Shown here in pieces: positions 34,522-43,710 of a DNA stretch of 64,000 bases (its first letter is position 1; every line of letters begins with the position of its first letter). Where the stretch lies: NCBI GenBank assembly GCA_965248575.1, contig CBDFJQ010000002.1, forward strand, positions 1,984,001 to 2,048,000, written 5' to 3'. Source of the stretch: Planctomycetota bacterium (lineage in GTDB: Bacteria > Planctomycetota > B15-G4). The translations under genes were made by a program, and so were the position numbers. The notes under the pieces are model-generated. The model was not told the origin of the DNA and made no database searches. It saw only the letters and a list, made by a program, of their open reading frames with translations.

Positions 34522-37091
34522 GGCGAGCCCTCCAAGGCGCTCAGGGCGATCACCGCCATGGCTGTTCCGTAGGCGCGGCCCAGCAACATGGTGTCCACGA
34601 ACGAACCGTCTGCTCCCTGCGCCCGCAGCACATCGCGGCGCACGGCATCGGCATAACGACCTTGCTGTCGGCGCGGCAGATCGGCCACGGCGGCGGCAGC
34701 ATTTGCGTAGTCGAACATCAGGTAGTGCGAGCCCTGACCAGCGGCCCCTGTATGCATGAGGGTCTTGCCCAACTCCTTGGCGAAACCCGCCTGGTACTCC
34801 ACGTAGATGTCCAGCGCCGCCCGGATCTGCTCCAGCTCGCCGGCACCGGCCAGCCACAGCGCGCGCGCACAAAGCGGGCCTCGGGCGGCCTCACCGGCAG
34901 GGTTGCTCTTGCGTCCCTCCGCCTCATTGGCGTGATTCATAGTGTAGAGCCAAGTGCCGTTCTCCTGGCGCATGCGCTTCAAGCAATCCACGGCGGGCTC
35001 GAACATGCCCTCGGGAAGTTCCCACTCCCCTCGCCTGGCGTGGTTCATGGACAACACGGCAGCCGCCGTGGTGAAGCTCATGGACACAGCCGCTGGTCCT
35101 GAGTCCGCAGCCAGGTCACCCGTCAGGTAGTAGCTCCAGCCTCCACCTTCCTGCTGGCGCTCGGAAAGTTCCTGGAACGCCAACAGCACCCGATCCGCCA
35201 CGGCTTCGCGATCTCCGAAGCCGGCCTCATGGGCCTCCATCAAGGCCCACGCCAGGTAGGACCGGCTCCAGACCGAGTAGTCCATGTAGTAAGGGGGCTC
35301 GCCCTCGGCGATGAGCCGGTCGTGGGTTTCATGCAACCAGTCGAGGGCGCGTTCGATGGCCGACTGCACACGGCGCTCCTTGCCCAACCGATGCTCTGTC
35401 AACAACGCCTGAACACACAGGGCCGTGATGGCGACCTCGAATTCATCCGGCAGCCGCCAGCCGGCACGTTCGGCCTCCGTGACCGCCAACCACGAGCCGT
35501 CCGCTTGCTGGTGTTCGAGCAGAAAGCCCACGCCGGCGGCCCGGGCTTCACGGGCTCGGCCTCGTACAGCTCTCGAAGAACTGCTGCCGCCCCCTGAGGA
35601 CAAGAAATCAGGCGGCCGGACCTCCCAGGCCATGTCGGTGTTCAGCTCGCCCGGCAACCAGACCCGCGGCGCCACATAACCGAGCCCCCAGGCCGTGCTG
35701 CTGAGAACGGCCGCGGCCTGCCACGCCCAGCGCGTCTGGCCGTGCTCTTCCACGATGCGCCGGAGCAACTCCTCCGCAGCTTCCGTCTGCTCCAGGCTTC
35801 CCACCAGCGCGCCCAACAGCAAGAGCGCTTCCGGTCGCCGCTCGTGCTCCGGCGCCTGCTCCAGGAAGCTGTCGAGCGCCGCCCGCGCTCGCGGCGCGTC
35901 ACTCATCAGGATGCGCAGGCGCGCCTCATCCAACATCAAGTCAACCGTGAGGTCGTCCTGGGCAAGCTCTCGTGCCCGATCGAGGGCTTCCAGCGCGGCA
36001 GGTCCGTTCAACTCGCGACGCGACATCTGGGATTCCAGGCGCTGGGCCCAAGCGGCCTCGCACCCCTCCAGGAGTGAGCGCGCGCTCTCGAACTCGCCGC
36101 GTTGCACCAGGAGGTTCGCCCGCTGCTCAAGCGCCCCCTCGGGCCGCTCTCGCTTCCCACGAGCAGCGCGCAGCTTGGAGGCGCCGCGCAGGCTGATGTT
36201 CTCCCGCAAGAAGCGTTCACTGGGACGCTGCTGCTCCTTCAGCACCTCCCCATCCGGCGTGACCAACATCACGGCCTGCCCGAAGGTGTTGGGGCCCAGC
36301 CCGTAGACCTCGTGATCGTCCAGCAAGGTCTGCATGCCCTTCGTCAGCCGGAAGGGCACGTAGTGGTGCTGCAACAGATCGACCACATCGCGATCCATGA
36401 ACACACCGCTCATCAGGTCATCGTCCAACGCAAAGCCCGTGTACTGACGGGTCGAGAGCATGATCAGCTTTCCCTCGGCTCGCGCCCGCTCCACGGCCGC
36501 GTCCCAGTCGGGAGCCCAATCGATCTCACTGCCACAATGTGCCGCGAGGGCTTTGAGCGCCAGGCGGTCGGCGTGTTCCGCGCTCGGTTCTGCTAACTCC
36601 AGCTTGTTCCAGAACTCCAGGAAGCTGGGCAGCAGCTGCTCGAACTCGCTGGCCGCGGCCGCGCTCTCGAGGATCAGCAACTGCCCGTCGCGGACCAGGT
36701 AGTTCTGCCGCAGGCGGAAACTCCCGGCTTCCGTTTCCAAGCGCAACTGGAGGCCCGGCAGTTCTTCACCCAACAGGCTGTCGGATCGCTTGCTGAGCTC
36801 GTCATAACCCTCGCGCCCCTCGACGGAGGAGAACGACACGGCCTGGGCCGTGCTGGCGTCCATGCCCATCGCCGGCTGCATGCGGAGCTTCAGCTGGAGC
36901 TGTCCCCCTCCACTCCGAGGGCCGAAGACCACCTCGAGCTTCTCAGCCGAGGGCGAGTCATCCCTGAAGACCCACTCTTCAGGCAGAGGGAGCGACACGC
37001 CAAAGGCCTCGCTCGAGTAGCGCTCCTGCGCGTGAACCGTGCTCGCCAAGACAGTCACCAGCATCAGGCAACCGAGCAGGCGGCGAGCCAT
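34518..37091 (-). CDS. Exported multidomain protein: thioredoxin-like fold, TPR and prenyltransferase/squalene-cyclase (QW) repeat barrel
   Basis: Signal peptide MARRLLGCLML...VHA; IDWAPDWDAAVERARAEGKLIML; QQADGSW, QQEGGGWSY, RQENGTW, QGADGSF. Confidence 0.75.
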   Translation of the reverse strand: MARRLLGCLMLVTVLASTVHAQERYSSEAFGVSLPLPEEWVFRDDSPSAEKLEVVFGPRSGGGQLQLKLRMQPAMGMDASTAQAVSFSSVEGREGYDELSKRSDSLLGEELPGLQLRLETEAGSFRLRQNYLVRDGQLLILESAAAASEFEQLLPSFLEFWNKLELAEPSAEHADRLALKALAAHCGSEIDWAPDWDAAVERARAEGKLIMLSTRQYTGFALDDDLMSGVFMDRDVVDLLQHHYVPFRLTKGMQTLLDDHEVYGLGPNTFGQAVMLVTPDGEVLKEQQRPSERFLRENISLRGASKLRAARGKRERPEGALEQRANLLVQRGEFESARSLLEGCEAAWAQRLESQMSRRELNGPAALEALDRARELAQDDLTVDLMLDEARLRILMSDAPRARAALDSFLEQAPEHERRPEALLLLGALVGSLEQTEAAEELLRRIVEEHGQTRWAWQAAAVLSSTAWGLGYVAPRVWLPGELNTDMAWEVRPPDFLSSGGGSSSSRAVRGRAREARAAGVGFLLEHQQADGSWLAVTEAERAGWRLPDEFEVAITALCVQALLTEHRLGKERRVQSAIERALDWLHETHDRLIAEGEPPYYMDYSVWSRSYLAWALMEAHEAGFGDREAVADRVLLAFQELSERQQEGGGWSYYLTGDLAADSGPAAVSMSFTTAAAVLSMNHARRGEWELPEGMFEPAVDCLKRMRQENGTWLYTMNHANEAEGRKSNPAGEAARGPLCARALWLAGAGELEQIRAALDIYVEYQAGFAKELGKTLMHTGAAGQGSHYLMFDYANAAAAVADLPRRQQGRYADAVRRDVLRAQGADGSFVDTMLLGRAYGTAMAVIALSALEGSP

Positions 37092-37235
37092 GGACGGGGC
37101 GCAGAGCATGAGCGATCTCCCGGGGATCTGCAGCTTGGGAAGAGGTCGAGTATGCTCCCTACGCCCACTGGCGACCAGCATGCCGCCTCTGACGATCCAC
37201 GTGACGACGCACGTGAACACCCTGATGGACACCCC

Positions 37236-37850
37236 ATGAATCAGCGTCTCCTTGGCCCACACCTGCTCTTGCTGTTGCTCGCGTGCACGCTGGGCTTCGC
37301 GCCCAACGTGAGTGCGCAGCTGTCCGGGCTCAGTGGCCGAGCAGCCTTCCTGAACCAGCCCGCCCCCAAGCCTCCGACTGCCGAGACCTGGTTCTTCGAT
37401 GAGAGCACCAGCGGCGCCGACATCAGCTGGGTCTCACCCGGCATGGTCGATCCCGCGGCCATCACCTACCTGGTGCAGCTCGACATCGACACGGTCGAGG
37501 TCAGCGTGTCGTTCCTGGGCATTCCCTTCGGCTCCTTCGATGTGACCGACCAGGTGCCGCCCGACATGCTCAGCAGCTCGTCTGCTGTGCCTGGGCCCGC
37601 GCCCTTGGCTTTCTTGAACCAAGCGGTGGTGGCCCCCCCTCCGCCCGACCCGGTCGCCTTGGGTGCCGTACTCAGCGCCGGGCTGAGCGACCAGGGCAGC
37701 GCCTTGGTCAATGCCACCAATGTCATGTTGGGCACGACGGTAGTGGATCTGGGCGCACCGTTCGGCACGGTGACCGTCAACATCACCGGCTTCCGGATCC
37801 AGGGCAGCGTGCGCATCGCGTCGGTGCCATGGAGGCTGCTGCCCATCTAG
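37236..37850 (+). CDS. Hypothetical secreted beta-rich protein
   Basis: Signal peptide MNQRLLGPHLLLLLLACTLGFAPNVSA. Confidence 0.7.
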   Translation: MNQRLLGPHLLLLLLACTLGFAPNVSAQLSGLSGRAAFLNQPAPKPPTAETWFFDESTSGADISWVSPGMVDPAAITYLVQLDIDTVEVSVSFLGIPFGSFDVTDQVPPDMLSSSSAVPGPAPLAFLNQAVVAPPPPDPVALGAVLSAGLSDQGSALVNATNVMLGTTVVDLGAPFGTVTVNITGFRIQGSVRIASVPWRLLPI

Positions 37851-37881
37851 AGCGGGCAACACGACGACAGGGGGCACTGCG

Positions 37882-38310
37882 ATGACAGGCGGCAAGAGCA
37901 ATGGCAGCGGCTACGACCCGAGTCGACACGGCCCGCGCCGAGTCGTCAGCGAGGGCTTCCATGAAAAGGTGTGGGACGTCGTCTGCAGCGTGCCGAGTGG
38001 TTCGGTCACGACGTTCGGCGACATCGCAGCGGCCCTCGGGTTGCGGTCCGTGGCACGACAGGTGGGCTGGGCGCTCGCCGCCCTGCCGCCCGGCACCGAG
38101 GACGTCCCCTGGCACCGCGTGGTCAACGCCCAAGGCCAACTGAGCCGGCGCGCCGACGGCCAGCCCAGCCAGGAGCAAGCGCAGCGCCTGGCGCGGGAGG
38201 GCCTCAAGGTGTCCGAGCAGGGGCGGGTGCTGAACTTCGCCAAGCACCGCCAGCCCTTGGATGACCTGGGTCAGTCCGGTGACATGGGTCAGCCCATGCA
38301 GCGCGGCTGA
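37882..38310 (+). CDS. Alkyltransferase-like protein (MGMT family, PWHRV variant)
   Basis: VPSGSVTTFGDIA, ARQVGWAL, VPWHRVVN: Trp replaces the catalytic Cys. Confidence 0.9.
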   Translation: MTGGKSNGSGYDPSRHGPRRVVSEGFHEKVWDVVCSVPSGSVTTFGDIAAALGLRSVARQVGWALAALPPGTEDVPWHRVVNAQGQLSRRADGQPSQEQAQRLAREGLKVSEQGRVLNFAKHRQPLDDLGQSGDMGQPMQRG

Positions 38311-38311
38311 G

Positions 38312-39526
38312 TCAGCCCAGCGCGTCCAAGGCGTCCTCCGCCTGGTCGAAATCCTCATCGACGGCCAGCGCCTTCTCGTAACTGGCTCGCGCCAGATCGT
38401 CGCGCCCGAGCTGCTCGTAGACCTGCCCCTGGCGCCAGTGGGACGTAGCGAGGCCGGGCAGGAACTCGCCGTAGGGTTCTGCTCGTTCGTATTCCTGGAA
38501 CGCAGCGAGCGCCATCTCCAGGTCTTGCTTCGCCTCCACGCGCAGCACGGCGCGATGGTAGAGAGCCAGGTAGTACTTCGCCGTGTGCGGGCCACCCAGC
38601 ACGGAGTCATAGCGGGTTGCCGCCTCATCCAGCCGTTGTTCCTCGTGCAGCATGCGCGCCACGCTGAGCTGCAAGCTCTGGTCACCTGGGTACGATTGCA
38701 GCACCTCTTCGCAAGCCTTGAGCGCCTCGTCCACCTGTTCCTCCTGGGCGTAGGAGAGGGCGCGCATGAGTCCCGCCCGACGCGGGTCATCCTGATCGAG
38801 GTCGTCGCAGAGGCGCCGCGCCTGCTCCGTGTCCCCACCCAGGAGCCCGGGCGCAAACAGCATGTATCCGATCTGGGCCGCCCTCGCCGAGAAGTTCTGG
38901 CGGTCCAACTCGATGGCTCGGGCGATGAGGTCCTTGTAGGTGCCGAGCGAGCTCATCGCTGTGAGGAGGCCGCCCACGCGCATCTGCTCTGCGATGGCCT
39001 TGGCATGTTGCAGGTGCGCCTCACTGTGTTGGGGGAGCAGGGCCGTCGCCTGTTCGCCGAACTCCACCGCCTGCTGTACTTCGCCCAACAAGCGCTTGGC
39101 TTCGCAGAGCGCCAGGCTCAGGCGCGCCTTGGTGTTGAGGGTGTTGAGGCTGCTGAGTTCCTCACTGACCGCTCCCGAACTCAACGAACGAAAGCGGGTC
39201 TGCAGGCGCGCAGCGACGCCACGAAGCGCCGGACGGTCGACGATGTGCGTCAGGTGCTCCAGGCGGGCCAGGTCTTCCACCAAGGAAGGCGCCGGGCCTG
39301 TCACCGAAGCTGTCACCGGTTCTAGAGCCACTGATTCAACGGCCCCACTGCCGGAGTGACTGGGTGCTTCCGTCAGCCCAAAGGCCGACCCCGCCAGGCC
39401 CTGCGGGTCACCGGCCGCTCGAAGAGGTTCCGCAAACCACATCCAGCCGCCGACACAGGCCAGCACGGTCACGAAGATCAGGGTGCGCACGAGTTTCCTC
39501 CCGGAGTGGGGCGCCATTCTGACCAC
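38312..39526 (-). CDS. Membrane-anchored TPR protein
   Basis: N-terminal TM; TPR-like HWRQGQVYEQLGRDDLARASYEKALAVD; APGLLGGD. Confidence 0.8.
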   Translation of the reverse strand: MVRMAPHSGRKLVRTLIFVTVLACVGGWMWFAEPLRAAGDPQGLAGSAFGLTEAPSHSGSGAVESVALEPVTASVTGPAPSLVEDLARLEHLTHIVDRPALRGVAARLQTRFRSLSSGAVSEELSSLNTLNTKARLSLALCEAKRLLGEVQQAVEFGEQATALLPQHSEAHLQHAKAIAEQMRVGGLLTAMSSLGTYKDLIARAIELDRQNFSARAAQIGYMLFAPGLLGGDTEQARRLCDDLDQDDPRRAGLMRALSYAQEEQVDEALKACEEVLQSYPGDQSLQLSVARMLHEEQRLDEAATRYDSVLGGPHTAKYYLALYHRAVLRVEAKQDLEMALAAFQEYERAEPYGEFLPGLATSHWRQGQVYEQLGRDDLARASYEKALAVDEDFDQAEDALDALG

Positions 39527-39634
39527 TCAGCGCCCCACGGTGCGCGGCGAACCCGTGGCGTTGACGCGCCTCTCCCGTGGCTCCGCACTCGGCTCGAAGG
39601 TCCCGCAGACACCCGCCTGCAGGGCGCCGACGAC

Positions 39635-40210
39635 TCAGGGTGCCGACTCTCCCGGGCCGAGCAGTTGGGACAGCCTCGCCCGGGCGAAGGTCCACTCGCG
39701 CATCACCGTGCGTTCGGAAACATCGATTGCCAAGGCTGTTTCGGCCACGGATAGGCCCGCGAAGTAGCGTAGGCGAGCTACCTCCGCCGCCCGCGAGTCC
39801 TCCGACGCCAGGGACTCCAAGGCCTCATCGAGCGCCAACACCCTGTCGGGGTCATCGTGCCCCACCAGCTGACCGACGCTGAGCGACACCCGGACCCTGT
39901 CGCCGCCCCGCTTGTCCGCCTTGACCTTGCGCGCGTGGTCCACCAGCACGCGCCGCATGGCCTCGGCTGCCGCACCGAAGAAGTGGCGGCGGTTGGACCA
40001 CGCCATCTCCTTGTCCCCCACCAAGCGCATGTAGGCCTCGTGCACCAGAGCCGTGGCTTGCAGGGTGTGCGCCACCCGTTCGCTGTTCATGCGGCGCTGC
40101 GCCAGCTGCTTCAGCTCGTCGTACACGAGCGGGAGCAGCTGCGACCAGGCGTCCTCTGGGGTCACCTCTCCATCTAGGATGCGGGTGACATCGTGTTGCC
40201 TAGAGTTCAT
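39635..40210 (-). CDS. ECF sigma factor, TIGR02999 (planctomycete-type) family
   Basis: Start MNSRQHDVTRIL; LLPLVYDELKQLA, HTLQATALVHEAYMRL, HFFGAAAEAMRRVLVDHAR, KRGG, SERTVMREWTFARARL. Confidence 0.93.
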   Translation of the reverse strand: MNSRQHDVTRILDGEVTPEDAWSQLLPLVYDELKQLAQRRMNSERVAHTLQATALVHEAYMRLVGDKEMAWSNRRHFFGAAAEAMRRVLVDHARKVKADKRGGDRVRVSLSVGQLVGHDDPDRVLALDEALESLASEDSRAAEVARLRYFAGLSVAETALAIDVSERTVMREWTFARARLSQLLGPGESAP

Positions 40211-40260
40211 GCGCGCCTCGCTCCCACGCCCGACTGACGGGCCAACGACTGTGCACTCCA

Positions 40261-41046
40261 TCATGCCGAACGGGGCTTCCGGATGGGTAGCAGCATGGGC
40301 ACCCGGCGCCGGTACTCGCGATAGGAATCGCCGTGCGCACCGATCAGGTCGCGCTCCTCGAAGGCGATGCCGACGAACATGTAGAGGGTCGTCATGACGG
40401 CGTAGAACAGGTGGCCCCAGCTCATGCTGGGCGTGGCCCAGAAGGCAATGCAAAAGCCCAGCAGCAGGGGGTGACGCACCCACTGGTAGAGCGCCCGCTC
40501 CTGAAACTTCAGCTGGCTGTAGGGGGTCCCGCGGAAGTGCAGGACCACCTGGCGCAGGCCAAAGAGGTCGAAGTGATCGATGAGGAAGGTCGCCAACAGC
40601 ACCAAGCCCCAGCCGAGGGCTGCGATGCCGTAGATGACCCCGGACCAAAGCGGGCTCTCCACGCTCCAGACCTCGCCGCCGATGGGCCGCCACTGCCAGA
40701 ACATGCCGGCCAGGATCGCGATGGTCACCAGCACGAAGGTGCTGCGCTCAGCTGCAGCCGGGATGATGCGGGTCCACCAGGCCTTGAAGGCCGGGCGGGC
40801 CATGATCGTGTGCTGGACGGCGAACAGCCCCAGGAAGAGGCCGTTCACCAGCAGGGCCTCAAGCAATGGGACGGCCGGCCCGGAATCGATGGTCTTGGGC
40901 ACGAAGGCGCCAGCGACGAAGCCGATGGCATACAGGAACACCCCCAGGAAGGCGGTGTAGACGCTGATTCCGTAGAGCAGGACGAGAGTGCGTTGGGCCG
41001 CTCCGGAGGCAGAGGGGCTGCCTGAGGCCGTGATCGTGGTGGACAT
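40261..41046 (-). CDS. mddA: Methanethiol S-methyltransferase (ICMT family)
   Basis: LYAIGFV, VPKTIDSG, LFAVQHTIMARPAFKAWWTRIIP, ERSTFVL, FWQWRP, HFDLFGLRQV, VRHPL, EERDL. Confidence 0.85.
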   Translation of the reverse strand: MSTTITASGSPSASGAAQRTLVLLYGISVYTAFLGVFLYAIGFVAGAFVPKTIDSGPAVPLLEALLVNGLFLGLFAVQHTIMARPAFKAWWTRIIPAAAERSTFVLVTIAILAGMFWQWRPIGGEVWSVESPLWSGVIYGIAALGWGLVLLATFLIDHFDLFGLRQVVLHFRGTPYSQLKFQERALYQWVRHPLLLGFCIAFWATPSMSWGHLFYAVMTTLYMFVGIAFEERDLIGAHGDSYREYRRRVPMLLPIRKPRSA

Positions 41047-41316
41047 GGGGCTGGGTTCCCTGAAATGGCGGTGAGGTCAGCGGCAAGGAAGGGATCCCTG
41101 CCCACCTCCCGTGGCGCGAAGCAGGCCCAGCGGCTGCCATCTTTTCTGGCCCCTCCCTCTGGCCCAGCACGTGACACGCGCGTGGCGCGGTAGCACGGAC
41201 CCCCGTCGCGGGGTGTAATGTCTTTTCAGGACGGAGGTTGCCGGGCAACGTTCGCCCGGGCCCTGCGCCCCACAGTCTCCCCGCGACCTCGGGTCGCACG
41301 CCTACGAGAGAGCCCC

Positions 41317-43425
41317 ATGCTCACCACGCTGTTTGCCACCACCCTGCTGATCCTCTCCGCTGGCGAAACACCTCAGACTGCTGCCCAGGAAGCTGTGCAG
41401 GATGCGCCAGCGGTCCTCGCCGCCCCCGCAGAAGCTGCCGCCTCCCAGACCGCCGAGGCCGACCCACAGCTGGCGGCGACGACCGTGCAGACCACGGATG
41501 TGCTCGCGGCGCAACTGCCTCTGCCGACCCTGGGCCCTGCCCGCCGGCTCATGGATGTGGTGCCCACCGGAACCGTCTCGGTCTGGCACCGCCGTGCCAC
41601 CGCCGAAACAGCGTTGATGGACAGCTACGGTTTCGAAGTGGCCGACGCGGTGCTCGACGCCCGCCTGGATGAGTTCGTGCTGGAGAGCCTGCAAGCCTTC
41701 GGTGCCGACCAGGGGCTGGTGGAGTTCCTGGCCAGCTGGCGCAACATGTTCCAGTCCGTGAGCGGCATCGTGCCCTGGCGCGAGCTGGTGCAGCGGGAGT
41801 TCCTGTGGGCGCAGACCATGACGCCTTCGTTCAGCACCGACATGGGCATCCCCAGCATGTTGCTGGCCTGCCGGCCTGAGCCCGCCCGACTCGAGGATCT
41901 CGAGCGCAGCGTCGCAGGCTTCATGGGTTCGGCTGCCGCCTTCCTGGGGACCAACGGCAAGTACGAGATTCACAGCGAGCCCTCGCCCGCTGGCCAGGAC
42001 ACCAAGATCTACCGCCTCAGCGTTCCGGCCACCGGCGACATCGTCCTGCTTCAAGCCGCGGTCCACAACAACACCCTCATGTTGGGCGTGGGCGAGCAGT
42101 ACTTCGCCGATGCGCTGCACCTGCTGCGTGGCACCGGCGAAGTGCGTCGACTGAACAACACCTCGCGCTTCGAAGCGGCGTTCTCGGGACTCCCCAGCGA
42201 CGCTCCCAGCCATGAGTACCTCGACGTTCCGCTCTTCCTGCAAGGCACGGAGGATGTGCGCACGCTGCTCGCCGAGCATCCCTACAACACGGGTGCGCTG
42301 CAGGGCTTCCTCAACGAGAGCTTTTCGCTCGTCGATGACATCGACACGATCGCGTCAGCCACCCATTGCGACGGCAGCGACGTCATCAAGGAGACGATGA
42401 CCCGCTTCGATGCGGACATCGCCCGCCACCACCCCATGCACGGCGTGGGCATGGCCGCCCCGGCCTCCGGCGAACTCTTCGACTACATCCCCGCCGATGT
42501 CACGGCCTTCACCATGCGCGGCACCGTGGACCTCGTCCCCGTTTGGCGCCACATGCAGGACGAGTTCAAGGCGAACACGGAGTGGGCTGAAGACGCCCTT
42601 TGGGCCTTCGGCATCCTGGAAGCTGCCGTGGACCTGCACGTCGAACGGGACCTCCTGTCCTGGATGGGCTCCGAGCATCTCAGCGTCACCATGCCCTCGC
42701 GCGGCAAGTACCCACAGCCGGGCGAAACGGACACCGTCATCCTGTGCAAGCTGAAGGACCCGGCCTCCGCCAAGAAGGCCATCGACCGCGCCATCGCCAT
42801 CTTCGAGGCGGCGGCACCGCGGGTCTTCGGCGGCACCCAGGCCTTCATCAAGGACCAGGGTTGGAACATCAAGGTGGACGCAACCATCGGCCCGGCCGAA
42901 GGCTCATTCCGCATGTTGAACCGCCTCGAGGTGGCGCTGGGCCCGATCCCCGTGCCGCAACTCACCTTTGGCGTCATGGGCGACCTGCTCGTGATGAGCA
43001 CCTCGGGTGAGGCCCTCATGTCCTGCATGCTGGTGGCCGCCGAGGAGGAGGATGGTCTCTCGGAGCGCCCCCTCGGTCGGGAGCTGCTCGCGCAGCACGA
43101 CCTGGCCAGCGCCGAGCTGGTTCCCATGGGCTTGCAGATGGCCCAGCAGACCCAGGGCCTCCAGGGCATGAGCGGCATGCTCAACGGCTTCCTGGGCGGC
43201 ATGGCGGATGACAACCCGGGCCTGGCGACGGGCCTGGACTGCATGAACGACCTCTTCGGACGCGTGATCGGCGTCTTGGACACCGTCGACTTCCTGGACG
43301 ATTCGCTCACGGTGAGCGAGCGGCGGGAGGGCGGGTTGGCGCGCTATGAGCGCAGCACGACTCGCCTGCTGGCTCCCCAGCATCGGCCTTCGCATGCGGT
43401 GGCGAGTAGTACTGAGGCGCGCTGA
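41317..43425 (+). CDS. Hypothetical exported protein (DUF3352-like architecture)
   Basis: Signal peptide from MLTTLF; LMDVVP and LFDYIPAD repeats; DLLSWMGSE. Confidence 0.6.
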   Translation: MLTTLFATTLLILSAGETPQTAAQEAVQDAPAVLAAPAEAAASQTAEADPQLAATTVQTTDVLAAQLPLPTLGPARRLMDVVPTGTVSVWHRRATAETALMDSYGFEVADAVLDARLDEFVLESLQAFGADQGLVEFLASWRNMFQSVSGIVPWRELVQREFLWAQTMTPSFSTDMGIPSMLLACRPEPARLEDLERSVAGFMGSAAAFLGTNGKYEIHSEPSPAGQDTKIYRLSVPATGDIVLLQAAVHNNTLMLGVGEQYFADALHLLRGTGEVRRLNNTSRFEAAFSGLPSDAPSHEYLDVPLFLQGTEDVRTLLAEHPYNTGALQGFLNESFSLVDDIDTIASATHCDGSDVIKETMTRFDADIARHHPMHGVGMAAPASGELFDYIPADVTAFTMRGTVDLVPVWRHMQDEFKANTEWAEDALWAFGILEAAVDLHVERDLLSWMGSEHLSVTMPSRGKYPQPGETDTVILCKLKDPASAKKAIDRAIAIFEAAAPRVFGGTQAFIKDQGWNIKVDATIGPAEGSFRMLNRLEVALGPIPVPQLTFGVMGDLLVMSTSGEALMSCMLVAAEEEDGLSERPLGRELLAQHDLASAELVPMGLQMAQQTQGLQGMSGMLNGFLGGMADDNPGLATGLDCMNDLFGRVIGVLDTVDFLDDSLTVSERREGGLARYERSTTRLLAPQHRPSHAVASSTEAR

Positions 43426-43710
43426 TCGATCGCTGACTGCAGTCGGGCCGGGGGGCTTCTGCCGGGGCTGGAGCCGGTTCTGGGTGGTGTTCTTGCCTTT
43501 GAGGGCGGCATCCCCCCGCGCGGCTGATCTTGCCGTATGCTTCGGAGCCTTCTCTCCGCCTTGCGGGCATCTCTCCGACGGCGCAGCTCGTGACCCCACG
43601 TCGCGTGCTGTGTCTGGCTGCCGCAACCCCGAAGCACCCAACCGGCCTCCGACGGTGGGTTCCCGCGCTCGGGCGGACTCTCCCCCCGATTCTTCAGGAG
43701 TTGTTGCTCC

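Noticed and set aside
37820..37850. SVPWRLLPI* as a truncated start of the shared C-terminal domain
   Set aside because: Only PW resembles it and no continuation is visible downstream.
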